Positions 29,487-40,400 of a stretch of 64,000 nucleotides of DNA are shown piece by piece. Origin of the DNA: a virus (Duplodnaviria > Caudoviricetes); the IMG/VR virus record IMGVR_UViG_3300010354_000080, positions 1,546-65,545 of that record. One strand, given 5' to 3'. The stretch's first letter is position 1. The number at the start of each line of letters is the position of its first letter. The notes below the pieces were generated by a model, which saw only the letters and a program-made list of their open reading frames with translations, searched no databases and had not been told where the DNA came from. The position numbers and the translations under genes were made by a program.

Positions 29487-32352
29487 AAGTGATCTGATCC
29501 AGTAGGGATGTGTAGGGGGGGTTTTCCGAGATCGCGGAAGGGAGTTTGGCAAGTAACAACGATTCGGGATCGGGAGGTGTTGGAGAGTTTATCCTGGATT
29601 CCAGAGAATCCCGAAGAGCTTTATTCTTGTCTCGTTTGGTGAGGCACTTATCAAAAGCAATAGGAACGTCTGTAGGTATTAGTCCTAGAATGAAACTCGT
29701 GAGATCCACAAGCCCTCCGCCCGGTTCCATGGACTTCCACTCTTTATCGGCTTTCTTTAGAAACTCCCGGCTGATGTACGTAGCTTCTTTCTTCGATAGG
29801 CCGTTAAGCACAGAGATGTACTTGATGTTGCTAAACGTGGTTGCTAGTGGTTCAGTTATAAACACCCCAGCGCTTCCGCCGTGTTTTACAGCGTCGAGTC
29901 TTCTGGTGTAGTTATAGACGTCTCTAATAGCCTTAAACGCCTCTCGGATGGCTATGTAGGTTTGGGACATAAACGATCCGTTACCCATCATAAGCTTATT
30001 CACGAGACGGTACTGCGCGTCAAGAAGCTTTCTCTCTACAGACTCGATCTTGGTTATGTTATTATCGGCTTGCTTGAACGTCTTCTCGATTGTCTCGAAT
30101 GTGTACATCATCTCCGTCCAGAGCTCGGGCCAGTCGGCGTTTTTCGCGCTGTCAAGCCTGTCCGCCATCTCGCCGAGTCTCTTTACGTTCTGGATAAGCT
30201 GCGTTAAATCAAGCTGGTTGGGTATACATAGATCGTCTCCTAGTTTTGTGGGGATCAGGTCCAGAGCCTTGGCCACAATATTCTCGTTGTTCTTTGTCGG
30301 GTCTCCGTCAGGATTGTAGGAGCTCGCGGTATTTGCCACAACATTACCGCACTTCTCGAGTAAGTTATTACCATCAGAATCCTCAAAGTGCTTCGTCTTG
30401 CGACATTTCGGATCGCATGGGCATTCGCTTCCTCCAGCACCAAATAATCCTTTGGTCAGTCCTCCTAGCAACCCGGCCACAGGATTAACACCCAAGAGCT
30501 TTCCCACCGACTCCAGAGAGATACCACCTTTGAAAGTATCGAGGAGTTGTTTGCCGAGGTCTAGGGCCTGGAGCGCGGTGGAGGCGATCTGGGGTATACT
30601 GTCAATGCCCTCGAATTTTGGCATTGTAGGAAGGGTGGAGAAGGACGCCAATGTTGAGGCCACCTCTCCCAGGGACCCAGAGTTGATCTTAGATGTTATC
30701 TCAGCGGCAACACCTGGAGTAACGGGCACGATCTTCTGCAGTGACGAAACTACCTCTGGAAGCGGAGCGGAGTTCGCCTCACCTGTAGCGCTTCCTATTA
30801 CCTTGTTAATAGCCTGAGGCTGAGAGCGTACAACGCTAGCTCCGATGGCAAGAGCAGGCTTGATGATGTCATTGATCTCTGGAGGAATGCGCGAGAGCTT
30901 CAGGGCGGATGCGGCGTCCAGTGCCCCTGCAATTCCTCCGGCCATATACGCAAAATACACAGACGAGGCCTCTGGGGATAGGGCACTGATGCTCTGATTG
31001 AGAGCTCTTTGCCCGATGTTCTGGAGGGTCGAGTCCACGGTCCCGTTCTCGACTCCGCGAAGTAATTGGTCACCAACACCTCCCAGTGATGTCAGCACGG
31101 AGAGGGTCGTCTGATCGATCACTTCAGCGGATTGCAGAGACGAGGAGATCTGGGAGACTAGACTACCTACGGGAATGGTTCCGTTGTTGGCTATGACCGT
31201 TCCGGCGATATCGCTTAGCAATTTTGCCCCATCAAAGCTTCCCGAGAGTACATTAGCGGCTTTAAGAGCGGCTCCGAGCGGAGTGGTGGGCAGCGCGGCG
31301 GGAATCGCCTTAGCGGCCATCTGCAGCACTTGAGAGGCCGAGTTGCCAACGAAGTCTCCGGAGCCCATACCCGACCCCTTCTTCTCTAAGGCTTTTACAG
31401 GTTTCTTACTATCGAGCAGTTGCGTCTTTGTTATCGGTGGATCTTGCTTGTGGAACTGGATCGGCTCCCGCTTACCCGCATTGATCCACTTCATCTGCCC
31501 CTGGTACCTAAGGCAGATCACCCGCTGAGAGTTAAGACCATCGTCATCAACCGCATCGACTCCGTGCATCTTTTCAGTGCACTCAGGCAACGTGCTCCTA
31601 GTATGTAGTGGGGTTGCACCTACCGGTCTCCAGTTGTAGTCCCCGTTCTCGTCCCTACCACACTTTATCTGGAATGTTCTGAACTTCCTATCCTCGGTGA
31701 AATCCCGAACATCCCCCTCTGTCGCTTCACTGCACTCGGGGATCCCCTTCTTCTCCGAGTAGTCGGTCGCCGCTTGATTCTGCAGGCCGGGATCAAAGCC
31801 CTTCTCCACCCATTTTGAGGCGGTTAGGGACTTCCAGTTCCAGATCTCCTCCCCTCCCTCCTGTAGGTTATTGCGCCTCATACATATCACGAGGTCTTCG
31901 TTGACTTCGTTTCGCATAAGGTAGACTCTTCCCGAGTTACCCTCGTTGCACCTCATACCCTGGTCGCCAGGAGATTGCGGGGAGCGGTATGCTCCGGCTT
32001 GCTCGTCGAGGGTGGGGATCTGTACCGGCGCCCCACCCGATCCGACATTGGGGTTCTTATTGAAAAATCCAAGAACAAACGTGTCTCCTGAGTTGCCATG
32101 GGCCTTACCCACGAGGCAACTAGAGCCTATAAGTTGAGCACTGAGCAACCCCTTGCCACTTCCAAGAACGTACACCCAGTCGCTCGTTGTTCCGTCCTGG
32201 TACTCGACCTTCACCCTACCAAGTTTCTTGGGGTCGGATACGGATATTACGGAGGCTACCTCGTTGAATGGATCAGCGTAGACTCCGCCGATGGCCTCCG
32301 AGGTTCTTGATCCGAGTTCTTTTATCTGCTGGAGCTCGTTAAAAAATCCCAT
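29446..32352 (-). CDS. baseplate spike (gp5/gpV OB-fold) with long C-terminal extension
   Basis: VISVSDPKKLGRVKVEY..TSDWVYV and FVLGFF match the gp5/gpV N-terminal signature. Confidence 0.7.
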   Translation of the reverse strand: MGFFNELQQIKELGSRTSEAIGGVYADPFNEVASVISVSDPKKLGRVKVEYQDGTTSDWVYVLGSGKGLLSAQLIGSSCLVGKAHGNSGDTFVLGFFNKNPNVGSGGAPVQIPTLDEQAGAYRSPQSPGDQGMRCNEGNSGRVYLMRNEVNEDLVICMRRNNLQEGGEEIWNWKSLTASKWVEKGFDPGLQNQAATDYSEKKGIPECSEATEGDVRDFTEDRKFRTFQIKCGRDENGDYNWRPVGATPLHTRSTLPECTEKMHGVDAVDDDGLNSQRVICLRYQGQMKWINAGKREPIQFHKQDPPITKTQLLDSKKPVKALEKKGSGMGSGDFVGNSASQVLQMAAKAIPAALPTTPLGAALKAANVLSGSFDGAKLLSDIAGTVIANNGTIPVGSLVSQISSSLQSAEVIDQTTLSVLTSLGGVGDQLLRGVENGTVDSTLQNIGQRALNQSISALSPEASSVYFAYMAGGIAGALDAASALKLSRIPPEINDIIKPALAIGASVVRSQPQAINKVIGSATGEANSAPLPEVVSSLQKIVPVTPGVAAEITSKINSGSLGEVASTLASFSTLPTMPKFEGIDSIPQIASTALQALDLGKQLLDTFKGGISLESVGKLLGVNPVAGLLGGLTKGLFGAGGSECPCDPKCRKTKHFEDSDGNNLLEKCGNVVANTASSYNPDGDPTKNNENIVAKALDLIPTKLGDDLCIPNQLDLTQLIQNVKRLGEMADRLDSAKNADWPELWTEMMYTFETIEKTFKQADNNITKIESVERKLLDAQYRLVNKLMMGNGSFMSQTYIAIREAFKAIRDVYNYTRRLDAVKHGGSAGVFITEPLATTFSNIKYISVLNGLSKKEATYISREFLKKADKEWKSMEPGGGLVDLTSFILGLIPTDVPIAFDKCLTKRDKNKALRDSLESRINSPTPPDPESLLLAKLPSAISENPPYTSLLDQITYEQGRAQSGEANC

Positions 32353-32353
32353 A

Positions 32354-34462
32354 TCACACCGTTGTTACTTTTGGTTCAAAGAATGCGTCTCCTACGGCCC
32401 AGAGCCCAGCGGCAAGGTGGGCGTACTGAACACGAACGTTGAGGTTCGATGGCATCCAGTTCTTTGCGATGTAAGAGACCCTGTCCCAGGACTTACCATC
32501 TCTATTATAGTAGTAGGGCACGCGGAAGAAGACATTGCGACTGTCGTCTCTAGTAACGACCCTACTAACCCCCGCAATAAGCTGATTGGTGTAGTTATTT
32601 ACCGAGGCGTCAATGGTTCCGCCGACCTGCAGCACATCTTGCTTGTAAGGAACCAGGAGCGGAGCTGACACCTCCGCGCTTCTCAGCCCGCTCCGGACTT
32701 TGAATATGCTTCTCTCCTGGTCCACAAGACTTAACTCCTCCGAAGAATGGCCTTTAAGCCCGAACGCCGAACATAGAAACACGCTTCCTAAAAGGCTACC
32801 CTTGGCCTCCACCATCCCATTCCACTGGGACTTATCGACTCGTACGTTGCTCACAGGGACCAGAGATACTCTTTGTGTTACGCTTGAGTAGGATTTTGTT
32901 TTTAGGCGAGGACCCGGCACCACGGATCCCGAGGTTACATTAATTTCCTCCACCTCATCTAGCTTAAGACTTAGTAGGTTGGGGGAACTCGTCACCCATT
33001 CAGACTGGGTGAATGGAAACTGCTCTAGAGCCCCACCTTTAGGCGTAAGGATCTCACCAAGAGAGGGGAGTTCGGTTGTTAGTTCTCTGTCCCACCATCC
33101 AAAGGAGTTTCTGATAAGCGCCCTCTTGATGTCATTGCTCCAGAGTGGATTCCACAACTCACCGAAGAGCCCGACATGCTGAGCCAACCAATCCAGAAGA
33201 GCCGGATTGCAAGTGTCAGGGTCAAGATACTCCGCGTAAAATCTTGCTACGGAATCCTTCTTGGAGGATAGAAACTCATCGACTCCGCTTGTCAGCCATT
33301 GCGCCGGCGTTTCCACATCGGAGAAGGCGGGATCGGATCTGTAGGACTCGGCCAATCCCGGAAGTCTGGAGTATACGGGTCTGGATATCTTCTCTTTACC
33401 ATAAGAGATGGAGGGCATGGAGAGAGAACTCGATACCTCCTGGATTATGCTCCCGAAAAGCTGTTTGATCTCATCGTAAACCGCGGAGATAAATTCCAGG
33501 CCATTGTACGATAACGCTAGTCTGTACGCAAAAATCTCTTCGATTATGCTATTACACATATCGCGCCATTTCTTGTCCAAGCCCGCAAACCCCTCTGTCA
33601 AGGCCAGCCTTAGTTCGTCCGATGCTGACGTATAGAGAACCTCATTGAGGTACCTCTCCGATCTGCCTGGATAGGCGAAGATAACGGTGCTGCGTATGAA
33701 AGCTTCCTTTCTATCCTCAAGTCCTATGACGTCGGGGCGAAGCCCACTTACACCGCTACTTCTAAGTCTCTCGTCCACTCTAATTATCGCGGAGTCGATA
33801 AAGTCGTCAGAGTAGTAGAATTTTGGGGGTAGATAGATTCTTGATGCGACGCTTGCGGGCTTATCTACCGGGATCTTATACGAACTGCCATCGGAGGCAT
33901 AAGTAATAAAGTGGCCTCTCAGAACAGTTTTTAGAACCACAGAGGTGTCTGCCTTGAAGTAATAGATAACTGGACGAGCAGGAGAACCGTAGATGTTTGC
34001 TGATACGTACTTCCACTTGCCCTCGTTGATCCTCTCTACGGATCCTATAACGCACTTTCCAGGATTACACAGCGAGTCAGTCCCCTCTCCGTTCTTACAC
34101 TGCAGTCCGCTTCTTGAGCAACTCTCCATTCCTCCATGCTCGGTTCCTCCAAGAGGATGGCCGTGGGCGTAGATGGGATATGACTGGGCACCGGTCGACT
34201 GAGGCGATACTACATCCTGGGAGTAGACGTGCCCGACATTCTTGTACTTGAATCCGTTAAGATCGAGATTTCCTATCTCGGTGTCGATAACATTCTGTCT
34301 CTCCGCGTTTACGTCTCTTCTAGCAGAGAAGTCCACTCTCCCGAGCTTGTGGGCGAATATCTTTCCTCTCTGTGTGCCCTCAGATAGCACAGAGATATGC
34401 CCTGGAGATAGGGCCGGGTTACGTCTTCTGAGGCTTAAGCTATTCCACGCTGAGTAGTTCAT
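32354..34462 (-). CDS. baseplate wedge / tail protein (P2 gpI-like domain)
   Basis: YLDPDTCNPALLDWLAQHVGL..W....KRALIR motif; lies just downstream of baseplate J. Confidence 0.7.
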   Translation of the reverse strand: MNYSAWNSLSLRRRNPALSPGHISVLSEGTQRGKIFAHKLGRVDFSARRDVNAERQNVIDTEIGNLDLNGFKYKNVGHVYSQDVVSPQSTGAQSYPIYAHGHPLGGTEHGGMESCSRSGLQCKNGEGTDSLCNPGKCVIGSVERINEGKWKYVSANIYGSPARPVIYYFKADTSVVLKTVLRGHFITYASDGSSYKIPVDKPASVASRIYLPPKFYYSDDFIDSAIIRVDERLRSSGVSGLRPDVIGLEDRKEAFIRSTVIFAYPGRSERYLNEVLYTSASDELRLALTEGFAGLDKKWRDMCNSIIEEIFAYRLALSYNGLEFISAVYDEIKQLFGSIIQEVSSSLSMPSISYGKEKISRPVYSRLPGLAESYRSDPAFSDVETPAQWLTSGVDEFLSSKKDSVARFYAEYLDPDTCNPALLDWLAQHVGLFGELWNPLWSNDIKRALIRNSFGWWDRELTTELPSLGEILTPKGGALEQFPFTQSEWVTSSPNLLSLKLDEVEEINVTSGSVVPGPRLKTKSYSSVTQRVSLVPVSNVRVDKSQWNGMVEAKGSLLGSVFLCSAFGLKGHSSEELSLVDQERSIFKVRSGLRSAEVSAPLLVPYKQDVLQVGGTIDASVNNYTNQLIAGVSRVVTRDDSRNVFFRVPYYYNRDGKSWDRVSYIAKNWMPSNLNVRVQYAHLAAGLWAVGDAFFEPKVTTV

Positions 34463-35742
34463 GGTGTGTACAGGGCCTCGTAGTAGAAAGTGAGTGGGGT
34501 GAAATCGTTTACCGACGTAAACCCTATCTGCGCTCTGTAAAGCTTATACGAGCTGATCGGAGATAGCGCTTTCTGCACTTGGCTGTCCGAGTTAACCACT
34601 CCAAGGTAGGTGTAATTGCATCCGGTATCTGTCTCCTCTCCTGAGAATCCAGCGCATAGTCCCTCAACCACGGAACTGTTTTTAAGCATGCTCTTAGCGC
34701 TGAGATTATTAACCGACTTGACAAAATCAAAATCGTAGATCGCCTTTAACATCTCCTGGTACTCGAGGTCGGATCCTAATCCCAGGTTTGTCGGATCAAT
34801 GTACTCCTTCACAGCGGCTAGTAACTGAGAAGCAAGGGAGTCTACCCCTACCCCAATCGTAGTGGGATCGTACATCACCTCCAGTACAAGATCCACCGGC
34901 ACTACATCCGGACTCACAAAAGATACGTTAGTTCCTATCGCCACTCTCGATTTCATAGAGCTAATCAGATAGGATAGGTTGGAGGCGCTAAGCTCGTTGC
35001 CGTCCTTATCTCCTACGCATATAACAACGTTACCCGAGAAGGCCTCCGAAAGAGCAAATCTCTCCTCGTAGGTTAGTACCTTGACGATGTTGGTGTCAGG
35101 GACTAGGGCCCTTACCTCATTCTCGAAGTCCCCAGATGTGGTGAGATTGCGCCTCGTAAGGACTTCAAAGGCCCGTGCTTTCATCTGCGAGACGGACTCC
35201 GTATCGGTACCTCCAACCGCAGCCACCTCATTGCTTAAGAATTCCAATCCCGCAAAATTCTTCTCTATCTTATTTATCTCACCGCGCGTGACATTGTAGC
35301 CAGATCCCCACTTCTCGGATTGGCAGGAAACGGTCACTGACGAGGCGGTCTCCACCACTCGTGCCTCAGCCAACGTGACAAATACCTGACCACCATTCGC
35401 TATAACCTTGGTCCCTTTGGGGATGACTAGAACCCTCTGATAACCCGGTACTTTGTAGAAAGTTACGTCGACAAGTGCTCGGCTACCGATCTTTCTCTGG
35501 ATGCCTAACTGCCTAAGCCACTGAAGACTAAAAGCCTCTGGGAGATTATTTAAGTAGTAGAGGAGTTCTGCTTGAGCAAATGCTTGCCCCTCTGTAATCG
35601 CCGCTAGTGGCGAAGCCGGGGTGAAGTCGTTCAACTCCCCTCCTGACTCGAGGTAGATCCGTGTCTGAAGCGCTCTTACCAGAGCCTCCGTGTTACGACT
35701 GTCCAATTGTAGAGGCAGTATCGGACCGTAGATGTTCGCCAT
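34459..35742 (-). CDS. baseplate J-like wedge protein
   Basis: LNDFTPASPL, IPKGTKV, GSGYNV, AAVGGTDTES..RA, TSGDFE. Confidence 0.88.
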   Translation of the reverse strand: MANIYGPILPLQLDSRNTEALVRALQTRIYLESGGELNDFTPASPLAAITEGQAFAQAELLYYLNNLPEAFSLQWLRQLGIQRKIGSRALVDVTFYKVPGYQRVLVIPKGTKVIANGGQVFVTLAEARVVETASSVTVSCQSEKWGSGYNVTRGEINKIEKNFAGLEFLSNEVAAVGGTDTESVSQMKARAFEVLTRRNLTTSGDFENEVRALVPDTNIVKVLTYEERFALSEAFSGNVVICVGDKDGNELSASNLSYLISSMKSRVAIGTNVSFVSPDVVPVDLVLEVMYDPTTIGVGVDSLASQLLAAVKEYIDPTNLGLGSDLEYQEMLKAIYDFDFVKSVNNLSAKSMLKNSSVVEGLCAGFSGEETDTGCNYTYLGVVNSDSQVQKALSPISSYKLYRAQIGFTSVNDFTPLTFYYEALYTP

Positions 35743-36758
35743 TAGAATGCTGGGGTGAAGTTGCGAGCGGCGGGATTAAGCCCACCTTGAGGATCTCTGT
35801 TATCCTCTTCGAAGTTAGGAACCTGTGAAGTATCCAGTAGGTCCCCATTTGACATTGTAGCCGGGTCGAATGTCGTGTAGCCATTGAGCTTCTCCCCCAT
35901 CAGCGAGATGGAGAACACATCTCTATCCCCCTGAAGTTCGTCGGCAAATTGGTCGTACTCGAAGGCCGAGGTCGCCACGCCGGGAGCGTCGGATACTGAC
36001 AGAGCCCCGACAGGGTTATATAGCCCCTCAAGTGGAGTTTTCGACAGATACCCAACGTACCCATCGGAGACGTAATCCTGTATGTCGGGTGGGAGGGAAG
36101 AGGTGGTGAGTCCAGGAATTGCGATATCGGTCCAGTAGTCCTGCGGGGAGATGTACCCGGTGGGCACGCTCACTCCCCTGAAATCGTATCCGAGGTCCAC
36201 TGTGTTACTGAGATCGACCCTGGAGTTTAGTGGCGGGACGGATAGTTTTGTCTGAGGGTTGTTGGATACGACCCTGGACATCAGGGAGATGTCGGGGCCA
36301 ATCAGGTGATCCTGAGTCGCTCTCTGATATATGCTATCAGTTACTCCCTCGGAGATATCCTGGTCCAGTATAAATCTGGATACCGCTAGGCCTACGTAGT
36401 CTCTAAAGGAAAGTCCATAATTCTCCTCGGAGTCCAGTACCTCGAAGAAAGCCGAATCTATGCGACGCACCAACTCCTCCCTCCATGTTGGCCCGAACGT
36501 AATATCGACGTAATTGGCGAATCCGGGGTCGGTGGAGTACTGCAGATTCAGAGAGTTCAGAAATATCTCCGATAGTCTACTCCTCGACGATACAAAACTC
36601 GAGAAGATGTCGGATGGTCTCTGTGAATCCAAGAACCTTGTAGGCGACTGGGCGTAGATCTGATTCTGCACCTCTCTAAAATACTCCGGATCGCCATAGG
36701 CGACGGAAGCCAATCCACCCAAGGTGCTAAAGCTGTCGGTAACGTATCCTGTTTTCAA
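35742..36758 (-). CDS. baseplate wedge protein with LysM/tail-X-like N-terminus
   Basis: TLGGLASVAYGDPEYFREV; TTG start; first gene of the baseplate operon. Confidence 0.55.
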   Translation of the reverse strand: MKTGYVTDSFSTLGGLASVAYGDPEYFREVQNQIYAQSPTRFLDSQRPSDIFSSFVSSRSRLSEIFLNSLNLQYSTDPGFANYVDITFGPTWREELVRRIDSAFFEVLDSEENYGLSFRDYVGLAVSRFILDQDISEGVTDSIYQRATQDHLIGPDISLMSRVVSNNPQTKLSVPPLNSRVDLSNTVDLGYDFRGVSVPTGYISPQDYWTDIAIPGLTTSSLPPDIQDYVSDGYVGYLSKTPLEGLYNPVGALSVSDAPGVATSAFEYDQFADELQGDRDVFSISLMGEKLNGYTTFDPATMSNGDLLDTSQVPNFEEDNRDPQGGLNPAARNFTPAF

Positions 36759-36785
36759 AACCTAAACACCGCATCTCTATTTATA

Positions 36786-36812
36786 ATTTAAACCGCGGAA
36801 GGTAGGTTAAAG
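36786..36812. promoter_or_regulatory. back-to-back late-promoter variants
   Basis: GTTTAAAT on the minus strand (36786-36793) and GGTTAAAG on the plus strand (36805-36812), between divergent structural operons. Confidence 0.55.
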
Positions 36813-36838
36813 GTTATCAGACACAATACTAGTTGTCA

Positions 36839-37387
36839 ATGGCTGAAGCAACACACCAGCAGATAACCACCTCGTTACCTGGAGAGGAGCCGTTTATCGG
36901 CGATCTCGACGAGGGTGAGATCTGCATTAACGTTGCTGATGGCAGGATCTGGGCGGGAGACGCGATAAGCGTTCCCGTGGAGCTCGGAGGTGCGGTTAAA
37001 AACGCTCCCATAGGACCGTTACTCGCTTCCAATTACCTGGACGTAGACGTAACATCTGCAGACAATCTCCCGATCGCCAATACGAATCCTCTGGACGTAC
37101 CTCCAGGATTTTACCGGGAGCATCGCATCCTTCTGAGATTTACCCAGACACCACCTCAGAGCCTTCAGACTTACTTCGATTACCCTGTCAACTGGGGCGT
37201 TGAAGCGAGCTGGAAATTTGGCACATCCGTTATGACGTGGGGAGGAGATGTTGAAGATCTCGATTTTCAGGCTGATAACCCCATAGATTTCTACAGAGCC
37301 CAGGGGAGAAAGATCCTCGTAGAGTTGAGCTCTTTCGGCCCTAGCGCAGAATGGACCGGAAGGCTACTTTGGGTTAGTTCACTATAG
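36839..37387 (+). CDS. tail-fibre-associated protein
   Basis: PGEEPFIGDLDEGEICINVADGRIW resembles fibre N-terminal motifs. Confidence 0.55.
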   Translation: MAEATHQQITTSLPGEEPFIGDLDEGEICINVADGRIWAGDAISVPVELGGAVKNAPIGPLLASNYLDVDVTSADNLPIANTNPLDVPPGFYREHRILLRFTQTPPQSLQTYFDYPVNWGVEASWKFGTSVMTWGGDVEDLDFQADNPIDFYRAQGRKILVELSSFGPSAEWTGRLLWVSSL

Positions 37388-37404
37388 TGACATAGCTTTT
37401 TACC

Positions 37405-40400
37405 ATGCTAGATAAGATTCAGTTCCAGAATGGGACTATCGTACCTGAAACATATCTTAACGAGACGCAGAAAGGCTCGAGCTTCTCTGCTACGACCTCG
37501 CGTGCAAACTACTACTCCGAACCCACCGACGCCGAGCACGGTGGCTGGAAGATGGGCCAGCGGGATAGCCTCAAGGATTGGGAGATCGCCGATCCTCGTG
37601 AGGATAACGAGACCGCTGTTGGTAGACTCGCGCATGACGGCATTGTTCTTAAGTCCTACGATCCACAAACAGGGATTAAAGAGTGGGGTCCTCCGACCCT
37701 TATCAGTTCGGGTGTGGGGGCAGGAAGCTATGGCGTTTGGGTGGAGGCTGGTAGCATCGTATCCAGCGATGGGCAACCCATCTCCTGGGGCGTGCAGTTT
37801 GTTAGCCTCCTCAGTGGTATCAGTACTAATTATATCTATCTAGACGAAGCGTCTGCCAAAGCGGATATTACTGCTGGGAATCCCGTAGAACTAGCCATTG
37901 GCTCAGCGTTGCCATCCCCTTCTCGCCCTCATGTCCCTCTCGCCAAACTAACTCTTAACGCCGGAGGCACTTCACTAGCTACAGACGAAGATGGTAGCGT
38001 CGTAGGGGCGGGTTACGTAGATCTAAGACCCAACCTCTACGTGGGTAATCTGAACACGTATCCTCGGATCCTCCGCAACACGGAGATGGTAAGTGACTCG
38101 TACTCGGCTAAGAGCTGGGAGAGAGTAATCGCCGACACCTCTAACGGTTCGCTAATCGTCTCACTTCCCTCCACTCCAACCGACTCCGATAGGATCGCGA
38201 TTGTCGACATCTCCGGGACATTCGACCGATTCCCCATCGTTATCAGGCCAGGTGGCGATACCAAGATCTCCAACTCTGTTGATGATTGGATTATCAACAT
38301 CAGAGACGCTCACATTGAACTGTTCTATCACGCGGCTACCTCCGAGTGGAAGTTTGAGGAAACTCCAGGTGGTGACTGCTCGCCGGTTCTTGGAACGTTC
38401 CTGAGCTGTGGTGGAAGAGAGTTCATTGGTCAGCGACTCGCAACCGAGTGCCCCGACGGGCAAGTTGTACCCGCGATCTACCCCAATCCTCCGGAAGGGG
38501 TGTATCGCTATGAGCCGTCAACCTCCAAGTGCTATAAGGAATTCTACCAGTCGGTTGCTGTGTACGCCGATGGTCAGGGTGGGCTTATCAGAGTCCAAGA
38601 TGCTCCACGCTGTGATCGCGTAGGAGTCACTGCGGATCCTACGGTAAAAAATATCATCTACGTTGACCCGGCTACTGGCGACGACTCCATCTCCAATAAT
38701 GGATTTACCCAGGCCAAGCCATTCCGCTCCATCGAGAGGGCGCTGATCGAGGCCGTTAGGGAGAGCCGCAGATCGGGTCAGTATAACGATCGCTATGACA
38801 GAGTGGTCATCGAGCTGTCTCCGGGTGATTATTACGTCGATAACTCTCCTGGAGCGGGAAGTCCTGGCCTAACAGCTAACACGGGGCTCATCCAACGAGC
38901 CCCCTCAGGATTTAAGATTTTTGCTCGCGAGGATCTGGATCGTGCCATAGTCATTCAGGTAGACTCTCTTAACCCTTCTTCCGCCCAACCTCCGGGATCT
39001 CTTAATCTAGGAAGGATTCTGTACTCTCAGAGTGGTGGTGTGGGCAATATCGCCAAAATCGAGAAGGAGAGTCTGAACTCATCCATCTGGAAAGTGACTC
39101 TGGAGTATGTCCGTGGTAACTTTTCAGTCAACGACGATCTCTTCTACGACAATCTGTCCCTCATCAACCCCACCGGTGGTGGTCTGATCGTTCCGCGCGG
39201 TATCTCTATCAATGGTGTGGATCTTCGTAAAGTTCGGGTTCGTCCGATGTACGTTCCCGAGCTCAATCCGGTTCAGGAAGAGCCACAGCGCGAGAGAACT
39301 TGCATCTTCAAGGTTACCGGCGGTAGTTATATTTCGCTCATCACCTTCACCGATAACCCTCAGATCCCCAGAAGCCACAACACAGTTACCTCAGTCGGAT
39401 TCGCCTCGCAGGGCGAGATCGCCGGTGGGTCCGTGGAGACGTCCTACTACTCCAAACTTAACAGCCTCTTTGGTCAGTACGATAATTGGGGATCGCAAGG
39501 CCTCGAGGCCATCACCGCTGAGACCACAATCGTTGCTCCCATCTACGACTCCAAGGATCTTCGTCAGACCGACTCAGAGGAGAACCAAACAGGGATTCCG
39601 CTTCCCGACTCCAGAGTGGATTCTTCGGTTGTTTATCCAGGCGCCTCCAGAATTAGAAACCAAGGCTCAGGTGATCAGCGCACCTTCGATCTTCCGGACA
39701 TCAACTCCACAAGATCTTCGTCTCCGTACGTTTTCAACTGCTCGGTAAGATCCATCTTTGGTCTTAACGGTCTTCACGCCGACGGCGCGCTGGTTGCTGG
39801 ATTTAAGTCCATGGTGACCGCTAACTTTACCCAGGTATCCCTACAGACTGATCCCACTTGCTACACTGACGGATCCTACTACCTCGATCCGCCGACTAAT
39901 AAGGACCGGGGTTCTGGCAAGCAGTACAGGCCTTGCCCTGCTGATCAGTTTAAATATCGCCATTTCGGCTTTAAAGGTAGCAACAACGCAACCATCCAGA
40001 TCGTAAGCTGCTTTGTCATCGGTAACGCGGATCACTTCATCGCGGAGAGCGGCGCTGATCTCTCGATTACGAACTCCTGCTCCGACTTCGGTGACATCTC
40101 ACTGCACTCTGTGGGATATAAGACAAGGTCATTTAGCCAGGACGAAGGGGTTCCTTCGGGAACCTACGGTGGAACAAAGATCATAGAGATCGTTCCTCCT
40201 AAGCCTCTGTCGTATGGTGTACTTTCCTCCGGAGCCAATCCGACTCTAGTGGATACGGAGATTAACACCGGTCTGGTTCTCGAGTACACTAAGACAAAGA
40301 ACTGGTATGTTGCAAACTCTTCCAACGGTGTTCCTCCAAACCTCATCCGTATATATTTCTCTAATACCAACGCTGGATCTCCATTTACGGCTAGTACTAA

